Assembly: GCA_963841435.1 (NCBI GenBank)
Contig: CAWJCS010000002.1
Location: forward strand, 1,120,001-1,184,000
DNA length: 64,000 bases
DNA from: an uncultured delta proteobacterium
Lineage (GTDB): Bacteria > Myxococcota_A > Polyangia > Polyangiales > Polyangiaceae
Reading direction: 5' to 3'
Made by a program: the position numbers and the translations under genes. The notes beneath the pieces are model-generated. The model made no database searches, was not told where the DNA came from, and worked only from the letters and a program-made list of their open reading frames with translations. Shown piece by piece: positions 58,694 to 64,000 of the stretch; within the stretch, counting starts at the first letter, position 1, and each line of letters begins with the position of its first letter.

Positions 58694-61600
58694 ATGGGCG
58701 GGCACGACAAACAGGGTGGGATTGGTGGAGCGAGGGCTTCGTGGTCGTTGGCACTCGCGGCGCTCGGGCTGGCGATTTTGCCGACGGGATGTGGTCCGAG
58801 CAAGTCGGACGGTGGTGTGGCGGAGCCCACCAGCACGGTCAGCTCGGCCCTCGTCGGCGCCGCGCTCACGCCAGCGCAACCCGGCATCACCTGGCACGGT
58901 CGCATGCAGGCCATCGATATCGATCCGGCAAACCCCCAATTCGCGGTGGCTGCCAGCGATTACGGTGGAGCCTGGAAGACGACGAACGGAGGCGACACCT
59001 GGGAACGATTCGATGACCTTTTCCCCAAGGGTCTCATGGACGTGGCGATCTGCCCCACCAACCCGGAGGTGATCGTCATCACGGCCTCGGGCGGCGGGGG
59101 GACCAGCTTGGCGACCGACCCCGGCGGTATCTGGCGAACCGACGACGGCGGGGTGACGTGGACGCGGCCAACCATGAGCAACGTGGCCCAGGTTCAGTTC
59201 AGCGCGTACGGCATCGCGTTTCAGCCTGGCGCCGGATGCAACGCGGCATACATCGGGACTGACTTCGGCCTGGCGCAATGCAGCAGCGACGTGACGACCT
59301 GCACCAACATCGTCGTGCCGGTCGCCGGCGGGGCTGATCAGGTTTTTTCGCTCGCCGTGCAAGGGAGCGGAATCATCGATCTACACACCAACAATGGCCA
59401 CCGTCGCTACGACGGCACCACGTTCAGCCCGGTGCTGAACCCGCTCGGTGCGCCGCCTGGAACGCCGGGCGCACCTCCCGGCTTCTTCGCCAACACGCAC
59501 ACGATGGCCGTCTCGCCGCTCAACCCCAGCGTGGTTTTCGCGGTGTCGAACCGGCTCGTGCCCGACACCAACCCGCCCGGCAACCTCACGCTCAGCGACA
59601 GGGCGCAAGTGTACGAGTCCGACGACGCTGGCGCGACGTGGACGGAGCTCGGCAATCCCACCTTCGACGCGAATGGCAGGCCGGCGTTCGTGTTCGCAGT
59701 GCCCTCGCGGTCCGGGAATGCCAATGAATTCGACCTCTACGTGGGCGATCGCGTGGACGTTTTCCGCCAAACCTGCACGGAGGCGGGCGGCGGCGGCCTG
59801 CGCTGCGCCGTCGGCAACCCCGCCGATGTCCCGGACTACACGGTCACACCGCCCGCACTGCCCCCGCCGTGGGAATTCGTCACGCTCCGCCAGGGCGGCA
59901 CGTGCGGGCGCCTCGGCGTCACGCCGTGCGCCCACCAAGATCCTTCGGACATGGTCTTCGATCCGATGACGAGCTGCCCGATGTTCATCGCCGGCGACGG
60001 TGGCGTGCTCAAGCTCCTCGGCGGCCGCCCAACCACGACCTGTGGGCAAACGGGTGACTACAGCATCAAGGGCACGATTCCCGCCCTGCAGCTCTACGAG
60101 ATCACTGGCCAGGTGCACCCCGGGGGGCCCGATCGCACGGACCTCTTTTTCTCCACGCAGGACGACGACATCTGGGCGTCGGCGAGCGGAGGCGACAACT
60201 GGGACGCGAACGTCGAGTTCGAAGGCGGCGGATTGCAGATCGCGCACAGCATGCCCGATCGGACGAACACGCTGTTGACCGCGTACACCTGCGCCGGCTG
60301 CTACAATTTCGAGGGCACCTCCGCCTTCGCGAGCACCTCCGCGTGGGGTTGGCCCGACACGTTCGCAGCGCGAGTCGTGGGCAACCGCAAGGATCGAGTC
60401 ATCTTCTCGTGCCCCGACGACGACTTGGACGGCGTCTGCGACGTGTGCGTGGACACAGAGATGCCGCTCGGGCAATGCGACAAGGGCGCCGCGGGCGTCC
60501 CGTGTCAGGACGCGCAAGGGCTCGCGCTTACCTTCACGCCAGGCGACCCCATGCCCACCTGCGTCGGGCAGCCGTGCGTCAACAACTACAACAACACGAG
60601 CGGATCGGGCAGCGCCGACGGCCTTTGCGATCCGATCGGTGGCATCAGCTTCCAGGCGCTCGCCCCGGTCGCGCTGCCCGATGGGAGCTGGTTGCAATGG
60701 GACGGCGGCTCGCGGAGCTTCGCCACGGCCAACGCGAGCCCGCCCGTGTCCACCATCCTGACCCCATCTCAACTGTGGATGAGCGACGTAGGTGGCCTGA
60801 ACTGGGCGCCGGTGCCGGTTATCACGCTCGGCAACCCCGGGGACACGGAGGCGCTGACCGAGTACGCGAACTGGATCGGCGCCGTCGCGTCGGGGCCGGG
60901 TGGCACGCTGGTGTTCTACCAGCCAACGTCCGTTCCCGACGCCGGCGGTAACCGCACCAACGGCCTGCGCCGTGTCAACGCCCTCACCTCGGGGACGCCT
61001 GTCTTCGCACGGGCCGACGTGGGGCTGCCTTCGCTCACCAGCGCGGCGGCGGGCTACATCGGTGTCGCTGTCGATCCCACTGATTCCACGCGGCTCCTGG
61101 CCGAAACCGTGGCAGGGATCCGCATCAGCAGCGCGAGCGGCAGTAGCTGGAACACCAGCGCGGGCACGAGCCAACTCGACACGCTCGTCGGCGCGGGCGG
61201 TCGCATCTACCCCGCCGTGTCCGCGATTGGGTTCGACAACGCCAACGGCAACCGCATGCTCGTCGGGACCCACGAGGGAGGCGCACTCGCGTCACTCGAC
61301 GGTGGAGCCACGTGGGCCCGGCTGTGCGGCTCGGCGCGCGTGCCGCTGATCACCAAGTTCTTTTTCGATGAGGTCGAGAACCACACCTACCTCTCGTCTT
61401 TCGGCCGGGGGATCTGGTACGTGGATCCGACGCAGCGCCAGGTGCCCGAGTTCACGACGTTGCCTCACAACGTCACGGCGTACGACTGCGGGCCCGTCAA
61501 CATCGGAACGGCCTCGGCGTCCGATGCCTGTCAGATCGACTCGACCGCCATCAGCGTGACGGCGGCCGCGGATTCGGCCTATGGCGATCCGGACTACGGT

Positions 61601-62752
61601 TGCCAGACGGGCGTGCGACCCTGCGGCGATTTCGAGCGCGGCCCGCGCGTGGTCGCGTGGACCGCCGCGGACGAATACGGCGACATCGCCAACGCGGCCA
61701 GCACCGTGACCGTCGACGATCAGACGCCGCCCGTGATCAGCCCGGTCAGCCCGATCACGATCGTCGCCTGCAACGCGGCCGGTGAGACCGTTCAGCTCTC
61801 GGTACCGACCGCTGCGGATGCCTGCATCGGACCGGTCGGCGTCACCGGCAAGGTGGTCGCGAGCACCACCGCGTCCGTTCCGCGCAACGTCGTGGGCGGG
61901 CAGGTGTCGTTGCCGGCCGGCGTGCACACCATCGAGTGGTCGGCGTCGGATGGCATCAAGAGCTCGTCGGTGACGCAGGTCGTGACGGTGCGGCCGGGCA
62001 TTTTCGCCAATCGCGACCTCGAGGTGCGTGACCGTGCGCGCACGACGCTGTCCAATGGTAGCGCCGCTTCGATCAGCAATCGCGGCAACTTGCTGACGCA
62101 GATCGGTAGTGACGCCACTTCGGGCGGGATCCTCAGCGTAGCCAGCGTCGATCTGCGCGATCGCGCGCACGTCGTCGGGTCGCTCACGACGCATGGCGGC
62201 CTCACGCGGGGCAATCAGACCACCGTGTCAGGCCCCATTCTCTTGCACACGACGGTCAACCTGCCGCCGTTCCCCAGCCTGGCGAGCGTGGTATTCCCAC
62301 CGCCTGCCAGCTCACCGTCGTTCATCAACCCGGGCCCGCCGGTCCCCCTTTCGCCCGGCTCGTACGGCGACGTTTTCGTCAATTCGGGTGGCACGCTGCT
62401 CTTGTCGAGCGGCGACTACTACTTCCTCGGTCTGACGATCAACTCGAGCTCGACGGTGCGCATCAACGACAGCACGGGTTCAGTGCGCATCTTCGTCGCC
62501 AATACGTTTGCGTACCGCAGCTCCTTCCAGCACACGAACGGCACGCTCGCTGACGTGTTCGTCGGGTACCGCGGCTCGCAGGGGACGGTGATCGAGGCAC
62601 CCTTCCTGGGTACGTTCGTGGCGCCGAACGCCACGGTGGAGATGGGAACGGGGAACGTGATGGAAGTGCGCGGGCGCTTCGCGGCGCTGAACCTAATCGT
62701 TCGCCCCGCCACGAATTTGGTTTGCGTGTCGAGTTACGCGGCGACAATATAG
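58694..62752 (+). CDS. Large lipoprotein: BNR/Asp-box beta-propellers + Cys-rich insert + HYR/Ig-like domains + C-terminal beta-solenoid-like domain
   Basis: GGAGG RBS; lipobox PTGC; Asp-boxes TTNGGDTW, TDDGGVTW, SDDAGATW, SLDGGATW; HQD...GDGG; SFGRGIW; HYR-like W.A.D..G...TVTV.D.TPP; LSPGSYGDV.VNSG.TL.LSSGDYYF. Confidence 0.85.
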   Translation: MGGHDKQGGIGGARASWSLALAALGLAILPTGCGPSKSDGGVAEPTSTVSSALVGAALTPAQPGITWHGRMQAIDIDPANPQFAVAASDYGGAWKTTNGGDTWERFDDLFPKGLMDVAICPTNPEVIVITASGGGGTSLATDPGGIWRTDDGGVTWTRPTMSNVAQVQFSAYGIAFQPGAGCNAAYIGTDFGLAQCSSDVTTCTNIVVPVAGGADQVFSLAVQGSGIIDLHTNNGHRRYDGTTFSPVLNPLGAPPGTPGAPPGFFANTHTMAVSPLNPSVVFAVSNRLVPDTNPPGNLTLSDRAQVYESDDAGATWTELGNPTFDANGRPAFVFAVPSRSGNANEFDLYVGDRVDVFRQTCTEAGGGGLRCAVGNPADVPDYTVTPPALPPPWEFVTLRQGGTCGRLGVTPCAHQDPSDMVFDPMTSCPMFIAGDGGVLKLLGGRPTTTCGQTGDYSIKGTIPALQLYEITGQVHPGGPDRTDLFFSTQDDDIWASASGGDNWDANVEFEGGGLQIAHSMPDRTNTLLTAYTCAGCYNFEGTSAFASTSAWGWPDTFAARVVGNRKDRVIFSCPDDDLDGVCDVCVDTEMPLGQCDKGAAGVPCQDAQGLALTFTPGDPMPTCVGQPCVNNYNNTSGSGSADGLCDPIGGISFQALAPVALPDGSWLQWDGGSRSFATANASPPVSTILTPSQLWMSDVGGLNWAPVPVITLGNPGDTEALTEYANWIGAVASGPGGTLVFYQPTSVPDAGGNRTNGLRRVNALTSGTPVFARADVGLPSLTSAAAGYIGVAVDPTDSTRLLAETVAGIRISSASGSSWNTSAGTSQLDTLVGAGGRIYPAVSAIGFDNANGNRMLVGTHEGGALASLDGGATWARLCGSARVPLITKFFFDEVENHTYLSSFGRGIWYVDPTQRQVPEFTTLPHNVTAYDCGPVNIGTASASDACQIDSTAISVTAAADSAYGDPDYGCQTGVRPCGDFERGPRVVAWTAADEYGDIANAASTVTVDDQTPPVISPVSPITIVACNAAGETVQLSVPTAADACIGPVGVTGKVVASTTASVPRNVVGGQVSLPAGVHTIEWSASDGIKSSSVTQVVTVRPGIFANRDLEVRDRARTTLSNGSAASISNRGNLLTQIGSDATSGGILSVASVDLRDRAHVVGSLTTHGGLTRGNQTTVSGPILLHTTVNLPPFPSLASVVFPPPASSPSFINPGPPVPLSPGSYGDVFVNSGGTLLLSSGDYYFLGLTINSSSTVRINDSTGSVRIFVANTFAYRSSFQHTNGTLADVFVGYRGSQGTVIEAPFLGTFVAPNATVEMGTGNVMEVRGRFAALNLIVRPATNLVCVSSYAATI

Positions 62753-62767
62753 GACGTGAGAGCGATC

Positions 62768-63388
62768 ATGGATCGCAATGTTCGCATGCAGGATCGTTGG
62801 CGCCGCCGTCTCGGGGGCCTGTTCGTCGCGGGCGCGCTCGTCGCGTGCGGCAAGAGCAGCACCGTCGGCGGCGGCGCCGGCGGGAGCGGCGGCACGGCCG
62901 TCACGACCGGCGGCGCGGGTGGCACGAGTGGCACTGGCAGCGGTAGCGGCGGTACCAGCGCGAGTGGCGCCAGCGGCACCGGAGGCGCGCTGGAAGCCGG
63001 CATGAGCGGCGGGGGCGATGGCGAGGAGTCCGGCACTGGTGGCTCCGCTGGCAGCGCGGGGCGCGGTGCGGGTGGAACGCAAACCGGCGGTAGCGGCGGT
63101 TCCACCGCAGGTCGCGGCGGGGGAGCGGGATCGGGCGGCACCGGCGGAGCGGGTGGAGCGGCCGGCTCCGCGGGCACCGGCGCCGGAGCGGGCGGCTATG
63201 CCTGCACCGAACCCGGAACCGCGTACGTGTGCCCCTGTCCCCAGGGGAGCCCCGGGGCCAGCCGATGCACCTGCCTTCAGACGTGCACGAACAACTCCGA
63301 TTGCTCCGCCGGGGTGTGCCAGCAAACCGAAGGCCCTGACATCCAGCGCTTCTGCCCGCCGCCGTCCGAATTCTGTCGGGGCGGGTGA
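62768..63388 (+). CDS. Gly-rich lipoprotein with small Cys-rich C-terminal domain
   Basis: Lipobox LVAC; long Gly/Ser/Thr linker; about ten Cys in the last 60 aa. Confidence 0.78.
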   Translation: MDRNVRMQDRWRRRLGGLFVAGALVACGKSSTVGGGAGGSGGTAVTTGGAGGTSGTGSGSGGTSASGASGTGGALEAGMSGGGDGEESGTGGSAGSAGRGAGGTQTGGSGGSTAGRGGGAGSGGTGGAGGAAGSAGTGAGAGGYACTEPGTAYVCPCPQGSPGASRCTCLQTCTNNSDCSAGVCQQTEGPDIQRFCPPPSEFCRGG

Positions 63389-63565
63389 AGCCGGCAGGGC
63401 AGGACCGTCACTCAGGCATTACCACGCCTCGCGTCGCTTCCTGTCCCGTTGCGTCCCCGTCCGGCCGCGGCCGCGCTCTGCCGGCCGGGGCGCGCGGCTG
63501 TGAGCCAGCGCGGAGCCCCTGGTTCGTGCAAGCCTCGCCCCATGGTGAAACACTCGGCTACTTCG

Positions 63566-64000
63566 ATGGCGAAAGCGACCAAGACCAAGAAACCCGCTTC
63601 GGCGGCGGAGCTCTCCACGAAGCTCTTTCCAACCGCGCGCGCCTGGGAGAAGTGGCTCGATGCGAACCACGGCCGCTCGCGGGGCCTCTGGCTGAAGATC
63701 GCGAAGCCGAGCGCGGGCGTAGCGTCCGTCGGCTACGCCGAAGCTCTGGAGGCTGCGCTGCTCTTCGGCTGGATCGACGGCCAGAAGCAAAAGTACGACG
63801 AGCATTTTTGGCTCCAGAAGTTCACTCCGCGCGGCACAAAGAGCCGCTGGTCACAGAGGAACCGGGCGATCGCGACGCGCCTGATGAAGGACGGGCGCAT
63901 GCGACCAGCCGGGCGCGCGGCCCTGGAGGGCGCGAAGCGCGACGGAAGATGGGCAAAGGCCTACCCCTCGCAAGGTCGCGCGACCGTTCCCCCCGATCTG
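63566..64000 (+). CDS. YdeI/OmpD-associated family protein (partial, runs off the window edge)
   Basis: Manual translation: WEKWLDANH...GLWLKIAK, YAEALEAALLFGWIDGQ, FTPR..KSRWSQRN, GRMRPAG, AKRDGRW..AY..Q....VPPDL. Confidence 0.9.
   Translation, partial: MAKATKTKKPASAAELSTKLFPTARAWEKWLDANHGRSRGLWLKIAKPSAGVASVGYAEALEAALLFGWIDGQKQKYDEHFWLQKFTPRGTKSRWSQRNRAIATRLMKDGRMRPAGRAALEGAKRDGRWAKAYPSQGRATVPPDL

Noticed and set aside
1..64000. CRISPR array, rRNA/tRNA genes, prophage or defence island
   Set aside because: No repeat-spacer periodicity, RNA gene signature, cas, integrase or phage structural gene was recognised; the tandem repeats seen are in-frame coding repeats.

Overview
This is a very GC-rich, gene-dense bacterial window. 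A MYXO-CTERM-type tail, an FHA-sigma54 activator beside a Ser/Thr kinase, and many lipoproteins with Gly-rich linkers suggest Myxococcota, probably Polyangiaceae (inference). About 50 CDSs were identified; I saw no rRNA, tRNA, CRISPR array, integrase or transposase. The window is dominated by exported proteins built as lipobox + Gly/Ser/Ala-rich linker + catalytic or binding domain. These include two GH27 enzymes, a CE12 rhamnogalacturonan acetylesterase, BNR-4, DUF4861, a beta-helix lyase-like protein, an alpha/beta hydrolase, an arylsulfotransferase-like protein, NHL and receptor-L/LRR proteins, and a 1352-aa propeller protein. The best candidate for an uncharacterised system is the DUF1592 (haem-c-type motif, lipoprotein) / DUF1552 (twin-arginine, His-motif) module. 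It occurs as two complete pairs in opposite gene order plus an orphan DUF1552 that has lost its His motifs, and each locus sits next to glycan-binding or glycan-degrading genes. Other highlights are a GAF + spermidine-synthase-like fusion, a 197-bp MITE with 14-bp TIRs, a sigma54 promoter ahead of a His-rich exported protein / HK / NtrC operon, a BtaA-like / DoxX / SRPBCC / ABC1 cluster and a decayed collagen-like repeat. Four genes carry single-base frameshifts, most likely consensus errors. All family calls come from motif recognition by eye, not database searches.
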